Positions 50,371 through 61,575 of a stretch of 64,000 nt of DNA are shown here, piece by piece. Position 1 is the first letter of the stretch. Every line of letters starts with the position of its first letter. Below the pieces are notes generated by a model. It was given only the letters and a program-made list of their open reading frames with translations, had not been told where the DNA came from and ran no database searches. This DNA is from Stegostoma tigrinum (taxonomy: Eukaryota). A program made the position numbers and the translations under genes. The stretch spans positions 76,831,222 to 76,895,221 of the forward strand of contig NC_081354.1 of the NCBI RefSeq assembly GCF_030684315.1. Reading direction: 5' to 3'.

Positions 50371-51619
50371 TTTCTGCACATGTCCTTGTCCAAGCAGGGC
50401 AGCCTCAGAATGCCTGTGCTCATTCGATGAAGTGCTGGCCTTTTGCCAGATATCACTGAGTGGTGAGTTGTTCTGGGAATAGCGGGTAGCAAGATGGGGC
50501 TGGAATGGGTTTTAAGGGATGCTGTGGGGTGGTAGGTAGTTACTGAGTTGGTGGTCAGATACTGCGAGTGAATTCACTTGGTCTTATGGTAAAAAAGCCT
50601 CTGAAAATGCAACGCCGTCCAGATTTGTTCAAAAGAAAACATAAGATTCAGCCCATTTGGTTAATGACAAGATTCTGATACGCTCAGCATTTGGATTTGT
50701 TTCCTTCACCAACTTGAGATTGCTAGAAACCAATTCCTGATGATGACAGTTAGCCTGCTGTGTCTTCAACAGCCCTTTGCCAGTGCTGTTTCTCTGGTGC
50801 TGTCCAATATGCACTAGAACAGCTTTGGTCTCTGCTTTCCCCTTGCATTCATAAACTACTGACTCAAGGAACCAGCAGTATCGAAATCATGTGTCAGTCA
50901 TATTCTGTACAATGAAGTTGTGAATAAAATTGTAGTTGACTTACCAAGGGTTCAGAGTGCTCCCTTTCACATCAGAAAGAACAATCCAGTAATTGTGTCG
51001 CATATAAGGTTTTGTGATTTTAATTGGGTACAGAAATTCCAGAAGATAGTTTGATACTTGCATCATGCTGTCAGTATCCTAGTCATTTGGCAAAAAGCAA
51101 CTGTTCATCCACATCACAGACAGACAATGTAAGTGGACAGATTGACGTAGCTGGATTTCAGCCATCATTTCAGTGTACTGGCCTTTGAGGAAGCAATCTT
51201 TGCCACCTATTACGTTGGTTCCAAGAACACAAAATTGATTTAAAATGGAACTATTTCTCATTTGAGGCATGTATAATGAAGCAGTAATTTCACTTAGATT
51301 GTTTCCTGAATGACTTCCAGAAATACTTCTAATAGTGTTTGCTAACAGGACATGTCCATTTGTGAAATTAGTTTTATAACATTTACTTTCAATATTTACT
51401 TACTTTTATGTATATGAATATCCAGAGTAGAGTTTGAACCTTCATTCCTCCAGCTCAGAGGTGAAAGTGCCCCCACTGAACCAAGCCTAAATTTCAGAGC
51501 GATTGTTTATTGAGTATACTTTCTGTCATTGTGGAGGCAAAGTCCTTGTAAAATGAAATGATTGCAATGGGAAGAACCAAAGCATCTTTCCTGATGTCTA
51601 AATTTACAGACCAATTAAT

Positions 51620-52812
51620 TAATCAGCTAGAATTCTTTGAGAAAGTCACAAATGGGATAGATAAAAGAGAACCTTTGGATGTAATATATTTGGATTTTCA
51701 GAAGACACTTTAGCAAGATACCACATTTACTTAATAAGATAGGAGCCCATGGTGGTTAAGGTATTATATTAGCATGATAAAGAATTGGTCACCAATAAAA
51801 AACAGACACCTACATTAAAGAGGCAATTTCAGGATTGCACCCTATAACTCATGGTGTGCCACAAAGAGTAGCACGGGGCTATGTTTATTTTGAATATCTA
51901 TGGATGACTTGGATGAGGAAAGTGAATGTACTATAGCTAAGTTTGTATATGACACCAAAATAGGAGAGAAGGCAAGTAGTGAGGATGATAGAGTCTGCAG
52001 AAGGTTACACAAGTGGGCAAAAATTTGGCAGATGGAATATAATATAGGGCAACGTGAGGTTATGCACTGTTTGGGAAGAATAGAGGAGCTGAAAATTATT
52101 TAATTGGTGAAAGACGTCCGTGAATCACAAAAAGCCAACATCTAAGTTCAGTGGGTAATAAGGAGGCAAATGCAATGTTAGCCTTTACTTCAAAGGGAAT
52201 GGAGTATAAGTAGGAAGGTATTGTTAAAGCTATACCAGGCACTGGTCAGACCATAGCTGGAATACTATGAACAGTTTTGGACCCCTAATCTAAATAAAAA
52301 TATACTGGCATTGGAGATAGTCCCGAGAGTGTTTGCTTGGCTGGTATCAGTTATGGAGAGACTGTATTATGAGGACAGGTTGAGGAGGTTAGTCCCGTAG
52401 TCATTAGAAAATAGGGCCATGAGAGATGACCATAATGAAACATACAAGGCTCTTAGAGGTTTGACACGGTAGATGCACTAACATTGTTTCCCCTTATGGG
52501 AGAGTCTAGGACCAGTGAGCATAATCTCAGAATAATGGGTCACACATTTCAGGCAGAGATGAGGAGGAATTTATTTTCTAAGGAGGTAATAAGTCAGTGA
52601 GATTCTTTACCACAGAAGGCTTTCAATGCTTGATCTTCACTATTCAAGGCTGAGATAAACAGATTTTTAATCAGCAAGGGAATCAAGCATTATGGCAAAA
52701 AGGCAGAAATGTAGAGTTGAGGTTTATCAGATCACCCACAATCTCATTGAATGATAGAACAGACTCATAGGGATGAATGCTCTTCTCTGCTTCTGTGTCA
52801 TTATGACTTACT
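51620..52812 (+). mobile_element. Decayed CR1 LINE (RT to 3' end, internally deleted)
   Basis: LEFFEKVT...DVIYLDFQK, DDLDE...AKFVYDTK and WQMEYN motifs, followed by a CR1 3' UTR. Confidence 0.85.
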
Positions 52813-54739
52813 AACTTAATCTGTTATTATCCTGTAGTTTTTAAATTTAGAAATAACTACCTCCTGTATTGATCTTTCATGAATGGACAAATCCTGAAGG
52901 AACTGTGCTAAGAACAAACTGTTTCAATGTGCTACAGCAGAATTCAAACATAGTGCTAATGAAAGTTTATATTAAAAAAAGTTATACTGTTCAGTATAAT
53001 TAAAGCTAGAGGAACTGCAAGCAGAGTTCTTATGAACCCAATGAAGACAAAAGCTGCTTTTCTTTAGTGCTTATAAAGTTATCAATTGGCTTAAATAAGC
53101 CCTTTCTCTGGCTGCAGAAAAGAATGATGATGCATTTTTTTATTGTGTCACAGTCTAATACAGACTCTGCAGTTTTTCTTAAAGTTTCAGAAGAGTCATG
53201 GACAATTGTTAAAGCATGTGTGAAACATCAGCAGTCTCATTGTAAGGTTGTAATATAACTGCACTGTCCAATCTTAGCTCTTCATATAAGCAAACATGTT
53301 GGAAGCAACCTAATAGCCTCAAAGCCCTTTGGCTGTGGGAATGAGTAGAATTGTCCATGTCAAATGCTTTTGATTTTAGTTAAGTGATTGTCCTCCATTG
53401 AAGATATTGACTGGTGGAATTTTGATGCAGGTAAGACTGGCTGCTGAGCTTCTTGACATTAGATAGCTGAAGTAACACAAAGACTGTCACTTTAGGAAGA
53501 TACTGGAGGAGATCTGATGTGTAGGTACCACACCCCAGCAGTAATCAACAATATCAGAGTACATGAGGAGAAAATAGACCTTTTTTTAAAAAAAACATAG
53601 GCATAAATGAGTTAAAGTCGCCTCTGGCTGTTTCTAAGCTGCCAATTGCAGTCTCTAATTATCATTACAGAGGAATGTTGAACAGGACACCAGATTGGGG
53701 TTCACATGCAGAGTAATGAGGGAGAAAATAGACTGTTTGTGCTGGAAGAACATAAATCTTACACGGAAGGAACTATTCTGTTCATGCCCAGCAGTCAGTG
53801 TTCAGGAATTGTCTTAATGATTTGCATGAGAATGGATGGCTCGTGAAATTTGATGCAACATTCACCTTGGTGAAATTATATTGTCATCATACAAAATGAT
53901 TACTCTGATGAAATATAAGTTGAATCTCAGTCATGTTTGATTTCCGTGTCAAGTTTATTGACATGAGAATTTGATTTTCTTGGTATATGTGCACACCAAA
54001 TTCAATCATTGGGCAGACGCTTGTACATTATATTACTTGATATAAAATTTTAAAAAACGTAACTTGTCTCATTTATCTAAATAAAAAATGCTGATAAAAT
54101 GCAATTTTATATCCTGCTGTACTGTTTGGAAAACCTAATGACACCACCTCGCGCATTTCACGTATGTAACATATTGTTTATTCCTTTTACATAAATCTTT
54201 GTATTAATGGAGTTTGTCATTGAATGCAATGCTAGGAAGAGTGTGTTGACTATAATCATAGAAATAAATTGCATTGGATCCATTTTCACTAACATCCAGA
54301 GTAACAAAACTATTAAAAATGTTCCTAACTATAAAGTCCTTCCAATCATCAAAAATGGCAGACTTACACCTATATGTGTGTTTTGCTTATGTATTATAAT
54401 ATGCTGGGTTTTTTCTCAAGTAATTTTTGTTTTCCTGAGTTTCCAAGTTCTGCGTTATCATGTACCATATCTAACAGTACAGGCATGCCGCACAGTTTAG
54501 CCAAGCTTCCACCAAGGTAACTACTGAAGTGGCGAACTGAAAGTACACTGAAAGATGATGTACCTTCATTGCATGCTCTTCTCTTTCTCTTGCACTCCCT
54601 GCGATTCTGTCCCTCTATCTATCTCTGCCTTTTCTGAAATGCTTGGACGCTCCACCTCCTGCTCAAAGGCTTGTCTGAGTTTCGAACATGACAGTAAACA
54701 AAAAATATTTATGTGGCGCCTTTTTATTGTACAAAAGTG

Positions 54740-55280
54740 ACACCAAGCCACACAAGAAGATAGGACAGATGGCTTAAAATTTGCTCAGACATATGTTTTC
54801 AGGAGGTAACAGTAGGGAGGTGGAGATGTCGAGAACAGCATTTCAGAGTTTATGGAGGAGATAACTGAAGACTCAGCCAGAATGGTGGGCTGATTAAAAT
54901 GAACATTGTTTGGAAACCAGAAGGAGATGAATGTGCATTTCTTGAAGGGGATGAGCCTGAAAGAAATTCAACAGACAAAAGGGATAGTGAAACCATTGGA
55001 AGGATTGGAAATAAAAATAAAAATTTTTAAGAGCATGACATTGCTTGACCAGGAGCCAATGTTAATCAGTGAACATAAGGGAATAGTGAACAGGATTAGT
55101 TGCAGTCTAGGATATGGACAGCAGAGTTTTAGATGGCCTAAAAGTTTGCAGAGGGTACAATGTGGGAGTGAATTGAAACAGTCAAGTCTGCGTTTATTGA
55201 AGGCCTAAATGAGAACTTCAGCAGCCGAAGAACTGAGACAAGACAAAGTTGCATGGTATTAAGGAAGCAAAAATTGACAC
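54740..55280 (-). mobile_element. Old L2-like LINE fragment
   Basis: ttggaaggattggaaataaaaat...caggagccaatg...gacagcagagttttagatg...cagtcaagtct...ttcagcagc is colinear with the 20600-20900 L2 remnant. Confidence 0.55.
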
Positions 55281-55744
55281 AAATATTGATGACATAATTC
55301 TGTGGTTTGAACATTAAAGAATAACTACAGAGATCCGAAATGAGAAAAATACCTCCTAAGATAGACAGGGAAGTTTATTTATGTGGGAGATGAATATGCT
55401 GCCACATTCATGTTCTTCTTTGAAACTATATGCTTTGAAAAAAATGGAATGTGAAAAAATACAGTGCATCTTTAATCTTCAAATCAGCTACACAGTGGTC
55501 ATTTGGAAATATTAAGGGGTTTTTATAAAGTATATGTCTTTTAATAACAATTTGAATTTGTGGCACACCTGTTTAATTCTCCGGTTTCAATATGTCTTAC
55601 AGCTGATGAAGTACTTTTAATGCAATAACTTCAATAATGTATCAGAGATAATGGGAACTGCAGATGCTGGTGAATCCAAGAAATACAAAGTGTGGAGCTG
55701 GATGAACACAGCAGGCCAAGCAGCATCTCAGGAGCACAAAAGCT

Positions 55745-55772
55745 GACGATTCGGGCCTAGACCCTTCATCAG
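55745..55772 (-). ncRNA. Hammerhead motif with substitution GAAAC>GAAUC, probably inactive
   Basis: Reverse complement reads CUGAUGA-A-GGGU(CUAG)GCCC-GAAUC-GUC. Confidence 0.65.
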
Positions 55773-57865
55773 AAAAGGGGGATGGGGAGACGGTTCTGAA
55801 ATAAATAGGGAGAGGGGGAGGCAGACCGAAGATGGATAGAGGAGAAGATAGGTGGAGAGGAGAGTATAGGTGTGGAGGTGGGGAGTGGATAAGTCAGTCC
55901 GGGGAGGATGGACCGTTCGAGGAGGCGGGATGAGGTTTGTAGGTGGGAAATGGAGGTGCAGCTTGAGGTGGGAGGAGGGGATAGGTGAGAGGAAGAACAG
56001 GTTAGGGAGGCGGGGACGAGCGGGGCTGGTTTTGTGATGCAGTGGGGGAAGGGGAGATTTTGAAACTTGTGAAGTCCACATTGATACCATTGGGCTGCAG
56101 GGTTCCCAAGCGGAATGAGTTGCTGTTCCTGCAACCTTCGGGTGGCATCATTGTGGCACTGCAGGAGGCCCATGATTGACATGTCGTCTGAGGAATGGGA
56201 GGGGGAGTTAAAATGGTTCGCGACTGGGAGGCACAGTTGGTTATTGCGAACCGAGCGGAGGTGTTCTGCAAAGCGGCCCCCAAGCCTCCGCTTGGTTTCC
56301 CAAATGTAGAGGAAGCCACACCGGGTACAGCGGATGCAGTATACTACATTGGCAGATGTGCAGGTGAACATCTGCTTAATATGGAAAGTCATCTTGGGGC
56401 CTGGGATGTGGGTGAGGGAGGAAGTGTCGGGGCAAGTGTAGCACTTCCTGCGGTTGCAGGGGAAGGTGCCGGGTGTGGTGGGGTTGGAGGGCAGTGTGGA
56501 GCGAACAAGGGAGTCACGGAGAGAGTGGTCTCTCCGGAAAGCAGACAAGGGTGGGGATGGAAAAATGTCTTGTGTGGGGGGGTTGGATTGTAGATGGTGG
56601 AAGTGTTGGAGGATGATGCATTATATCCGGAGGTTGGTGGGGTAGTATGTGAGAACGAGGGGGATCCTCTGGGGGTGGTTGTGGCAGGGGCGGGGTGTGA
56701 GGGATGTGTTGTGGGAAATGTGGGAGACACGGTCAAGGATGTTCTCGACCACTGCTGGGGGCAAGTTGCGGTCGTTGAAGAACTTGGACATCTGGGATGT
56801 GCTGGAGTGGAATGCCTCATTCTGGGAGCAGATGCAGCAGAGGCGAAGGAATTCGGAATAGGGGATGGAACGTTTGCAGGGGGGTGGGTGGGACGACGTG
56901 TATTTTAGGTAGCTGTGGGAGTCAGTGGGCTTGAAATGGACATCAGTTTCTAGCTGGTTGCCTGAGATGGAGACCGAGAGGTCCAGGAAGGTGAGGAATG
57001 TTTTGGAGATTGCCCAGGTGAACTTGAGGTTGGGGTGGAAGGTGTTGGTGAAGTGGATGAACTGTTCGAGCTCCTCTTGGGAGCAAGAGACGGTGCCAAT
57101 ACAGTCATCAATGTAACGGAGGAAGAGGTAGGGTTTGGGGCCAGTGTAGGTGCAGAAGAGGGACTGTTCCACGTAACCTACAAAGAGGCAGGCATAGCTT
57201 GGGCCCATTCGGGTACCCATGGCCACTCCCTTTGTCTGTAGGAAGTGGGAGGAATTGAAAGAGAAGTTGTTGAGGGTGAGGACGAGTTTGGCTAGGCGGA
57301 TGAGGGTGTTGGTGGAGGGGGACTGGTCGGGCCTGCGGGACAGGAAGCAGCGGAGGGCCTTGAGGCCATCTGCATGGGGAATGCAGGTGTATAGGGACTG
57401 GATGTCCATGGTGAAAATGAGGTGTTGGGGGCCAGGAAATTGGAAGTTCTGGAGGAGGTGGAGGGCGTGGGTGGTGTCAAGGACATAGGTGGGGAGTTCC
57501 TGGACCAAGGGGGAGAAATTGGAGTCCAGATAGGTGGAGATGAGTTCGGTGGAGCAGGAGCAGGCGGAGACAACAGGTCGGCCAGGGCAGGCCCCACTGC
57601 TTCCCAAAACCAGCCCAACCGGTCCCCGCCTCCCTAACCTGCTCTTCCTCTCACCTATCCTCTCCTCCCACCTCAAGCCGCACCTCCGTTTCCCACCTAC
57701 TAACCTCATCCCGCCTCCTTGACCTGTCCGTCCTCCCCAGACTGACCTATCCTCCCCACCTCCTCACGTATACTCTCCTCTCCACCTATCTTCTCCTCTA
57801 CCCATCTTCCGTTCGCCTCCCCCTCTCTCCCTATTTATTTCAGAACCCTCTCCCCATGCCCCTCT

Positions 57866-57893
57866 CTGATGAAGGGTCTAGGCCCGAAACGTC
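57866..57893 (+). ncRNA. Minimal type I hammerhead ribozyme motif, core intact, in the inverted pLTR
   Basis: cu-CUGAUGA-A-GGGU(CUAG)GCCC-GAAAC-GUC-ag. Confidence 0.75.
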
Positions 57894-58129
57894 AGCTTTT
57901 GTGCTCCTGAGATGCTGCTTGGCCTGCTGTGTTCATCCAGCTCCACACTTGGTTTTCATCAATAATGCAGCAGTCAATTTGCATCCAGCAAACTCCCACA
58001 AATAGCAATATGATAACGAACAGTTAAACCAAATTTTGTAATAGCTATTCAGGGATAAGTATTGGAATAACATCAGCATCACTTTCCCACCATCTCCTAT
58101 ATTATTTGATTTCCTTTGTTCCCAAATTC

Positions 58130-59135
58130 TATTTGTTAGAATCTTAGATATACTCATTACCATAGCATCCACAGCATTCTCGGCAAGTCAGTTCTTAGGA
58201 TCCACAATTCTCTGAATGAAAACCATTTCTACTTCTCAAAATCTGAAATGGCTGCTCCAAGTTTTAGATTCTGCAACAACCTCTGGACATCTAGCATGTC
58301 AAAGACTCTGAGAAGCATGCTTAATGGGTCCTTATAATTAATTCTTCTAAACTCCTGAGAGTATAAACCCAGTCTTCCCAATCTCTCCTCGAACAGCCTT
58401 CTCAATCCATGAATTAATCTGGAATTTTTTTGTTGTAAAGTAGCATATTTTTGGTATGGAGTCTAATTGAGTACTGTATGAATAGTGGAAGTGTGGTCTC
58501 AACTAAGCCTTTATACTGCAGCATTCTTACAGTAAATGCGAAAATACTATTTGTGTTCGTCACTGCCTGCTATTTCTGCATGTTAACTTTCTGCATTTTA
58601 TATACAAGGATTCCCAAATCTCTTGGCAAAGCAACATTTCCTAGTCTCTCCGTCTTTGAATCATTTTTCCCTCCGTAGTTTTGTACTTCATTCGCCCACT
58701 CACTTAACTAATCATTTAATCAATCTTATAGCCTGTTTGCATTCAACCCAATGCCTACTTTCCCACCTAGCTTATCATCAGCATGTCTGTTCACCTAAAC
58801 CATAGACATAAATCATAAATGGCGAAGGCCCACACAATGATCTTTGCGACAGCCTCGTCCTTACATCCTGCTGTTGCCAAATATACTGTTTTTATCTATT
58901 TTGAGTTCTGTTTGTTAAACCAATACATAATCCATCCTTTTATTAGCCCCAATTCCTTGTTATTTTGTGTAATCTGTTTCTCAGCACTTCTAGAAAGTCT
59001 TCTGAAAATCCAAATAGACTACATCAACAGATTCCCATTTATCTACCTTATTAGTTACACTCTCAAAAATGAATAGATTTGTCAAACATAATTTCCTTGC
59101 CATAAGACTGTGTTGACTGTGCCCAGTTATATTGT
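58130..59135 (-). mobile_element. Very old CR1 LINE fragment
   Basis: Reverse strand shows remnants of LDFQK.F (tctgaaaatccaaatagactacatc), tttgtcaaaca and the CR1 C-terminal region. Confidence 0.65.
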
Positions 59136-60369
59136 ACTTGCTTGTTATAATTAGGCATTATTTCATACTTATCGGGAAGCTCTACTCAGACTGTTCAGAA
59201 TCTACAAATTGTCTTGCTCAGTGATGTGCTGAATATTTCCAGCAGTTTTTGTCTTAATTTCAGATATCTAGCTTCCTACATTATTTTCACATTTCTTCTC
59301 CTTTTGTGTTACAAAATAGGTAGCCTATGACTGAATTTTGCATCTACAACACAAGGACCTTGCTCACACCTGGTCTTTCTTTTGGGATTCAGCTGAAAGA
59401 TAAAATCTATATAATGACCTGTGCAATTACTACATCCTTCTTGTACCTGCTATTTAACGCTAGAAATATTCTAGTTGCATCCTTTGATGGAAGTAAAGCT
59501 GACAGACTCTGACGGGAGAAGGCGTTCTTCAATTTCACTCCCAGATCAGGAAGCAAGTTTTGACACAGGAATCGCATTCAATAGCAGGAAACACCTGATG
59601 AAAGCAGAGGTGCTTTCTCAAAGGGCCCAGGTAGCAATGAATAGACAGATTGTTCCAAGAAACCCTGACGTAATTGTTCTCAGATTGTTGCTGACAATGA
59701 AATCTGCTGATGACTTTACAAATGGGAGTTGAGAGGAGGTAGAAAAAAATGTTTTTGTGCTCATTGTGATATAGTGGCTTGCCTGTACTCAGCAGGAGAT
59801 TTTCCTGGTCCAGTAACTATAGGATTGTGCCACATGTCATTATGGTTAAAATAAAGAAGTAAAAATGAACTTCATGTATACTCATGCACTCAAAATATTT
59901 AGCCAAATCCATCATTAAAAAGTGGCCCAAATGGTTAGTTGTTAAGGTATGGAAAAGAGATATCACATGATGACTAGTGAAATTAAGTTATTACAAGTCC
60001 CTCCTAATATGCCAATTAAAAGATTAATTAAATTACTCCGACTGAAATACATATGATTGAACTTGGTTTACAAGCTTGATTTTTCCCCTTCACAGTTGCA
60101 GGCAGGTAGTCAGGAGTATGGGATGTAACTTTGCTGTGTGGCATTCGTGTAATATTTAGTGTGCTCAACACACAACATATGAATGGATTGAAGATGGAAT
60201 TGCATAATCAGTAGCTAAGGGTTCAATTTAATTGAATGAAACTCTGTGCTTGCATTGGAAGTTTTGACAGAGTATATTACTTCTTGGGGAATACCATGTT
60301 CTGTCTGCATTGTACACTGTCTTTTGAAGGCAGGTGTTAAGATCCATCCAATCCCAAAAGACTGTCTAT

Positions 60370-60560
60370 TGCAGAGAAAACACAGTACTGGAGAAACTCA
60401 GCCAGCCTGTTAGAATTTGAGAAGAGAGAAACAAAGCTAACTTTTCAAGTCTAATGTCACTCCTCTTCAAAACTCAGTCGATGCTGCCAGAACTGCTGAG
60501 TTTCTTGAGCATGTTTTTATTTCAGATCTCCAGCATCCATAGCGCTTACTTTTGTTTGTC
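60370..60560. mobile_element. Old palindromic PLE mini-element of the second subfamily
   Basis: The left arm (ctggagaaactcagccagcctg) is complementary to the right arm (cagaactgctgagtttcttgag), followed by the tail tttcagatctccagcatcc. Confidence 0.55.
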
Positions 60561-60799
60561 TTTTGCAATAGCTGCTTTTGATACTATTGTACTTATAATA
60601 CCTGAGCAAAGATTATATTGTTTATGCGTCAGATACAGTCTTCATACAAAGTCAATATTACCAATAAGTAGATAACATTTTTTTTTCAGTTTTTGAATAG
60701 CCAATGCTTGAATGTGTGGGCAACCTTGTCTTTTTTTTGCATTATTTAAAATATTTATATGGTTCCTTGTGAAGCGGTTTAGATAATATTGATTTCATT

Positions 60800-61575
60800 C
60801 TGGTCGCCATATGATCAGGATGCTTTGGAAAGGGTACAGAACAGATTTACCAGGGCATAGCTACAAATTGAGGGGTGATAGATTCAAGACAGATGTCAGA
60901 GGCGGTTTCTTTACTCAGAGAGTGGTAAGGGAGTGGAACGCCCTGCCTGCCAATGTAGTTAACTCAGCCACATGAGGGGCATTTAAACAGTCCTTGGATA
61001 AGCATATGAATGATGATGGGATAGTGTAGGGGGACGGGCTTAGATTAGTTCACAGGTCGGCGCAACATCGAGGGCCGAAGGGCCTGTTCTGTGCTGTATT
61101 GTTCTATGTTCTATGTTGCCTGGCATTTTAGCTATGAAGAAATGGTTGACAGACTGGGTTTGTTTTCACCAGAACGCAAGAGGTTCAGGGGCAACCTAAT
61201 AGAGGTTTATAAGATTGTGAATGGCATGGATAGCATGGAAAATATGAGGCTTTTTTCCCAGGATGGAGGGGTCAATTACTAGGAGACACAGTTTCAAGGT
61301 GTGAGGGGGGCAAGTTTAAAAAACACATGCGAGGGAAGTTTTTCACACAAAGGGTGGTGAGTGCCTGGAACTTGCTGCGAGAGGAGGTGGTGGAAGCAGC
61401 CACAAGGGCAGTTTTCAAGAAGCACCCGGACAAATACATGTATAAGAAGGGAATAGAGGGATATGGATCCTGTAAGTGAAGACAGTTTTAGAATGGAAGG
61501 ACAAAATGTGTCAGCCCAGGTGTGGAGGGCTGAAGGGTCTGTTCCTGTGCTGTACTATTCTTTGTTCTTTTTTCA
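60800..61575 (+). mobile_element. CR1 3' fragment with a younger CR1 3' end nested inside (~60853-61115)
   Basis: The host reads ALERVQNRFTR|...FSYEEMVDRLGLFS. The insert ends in the tail tattgttctatgttctatgtt. Confidence 0.85.

Larger units (their letters stand above)
47150..50680. mobile_element. Highly decayed PIF/Harbinger-type DNA transposon region (boundaries uncertain)
   Basis: Myb/SANT-like remnant on the minus strand at 50155-50370. Weak transposase-like scraps on the plus strand near 47368-47610 (ADALLA, PGSC, NVIER). The convergent two-gene layout is typical of Harbinger. No terminal inverted repeats identified. Confidence 0.45.
55642..57956 (-). mobile_element. Neptune-type Penelope-like retroelement, 5'-truncated, with an inverted pLTR arm (57592-57956) and a TSD
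   Basis: RT and GIY-YIG on the minus strand at ~56000-57591 (CPGRPVVS...MDIQSLYT...FLRYIDD...CNRRKCYTC...VVYCIRC..C..LYIWET), with a stop at 56621 and a frameshift near 56116. TSD core tcaataatg at 55631-55639 and 57959-57967 (13 bp with two mismatches). Confidence 0.95.
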
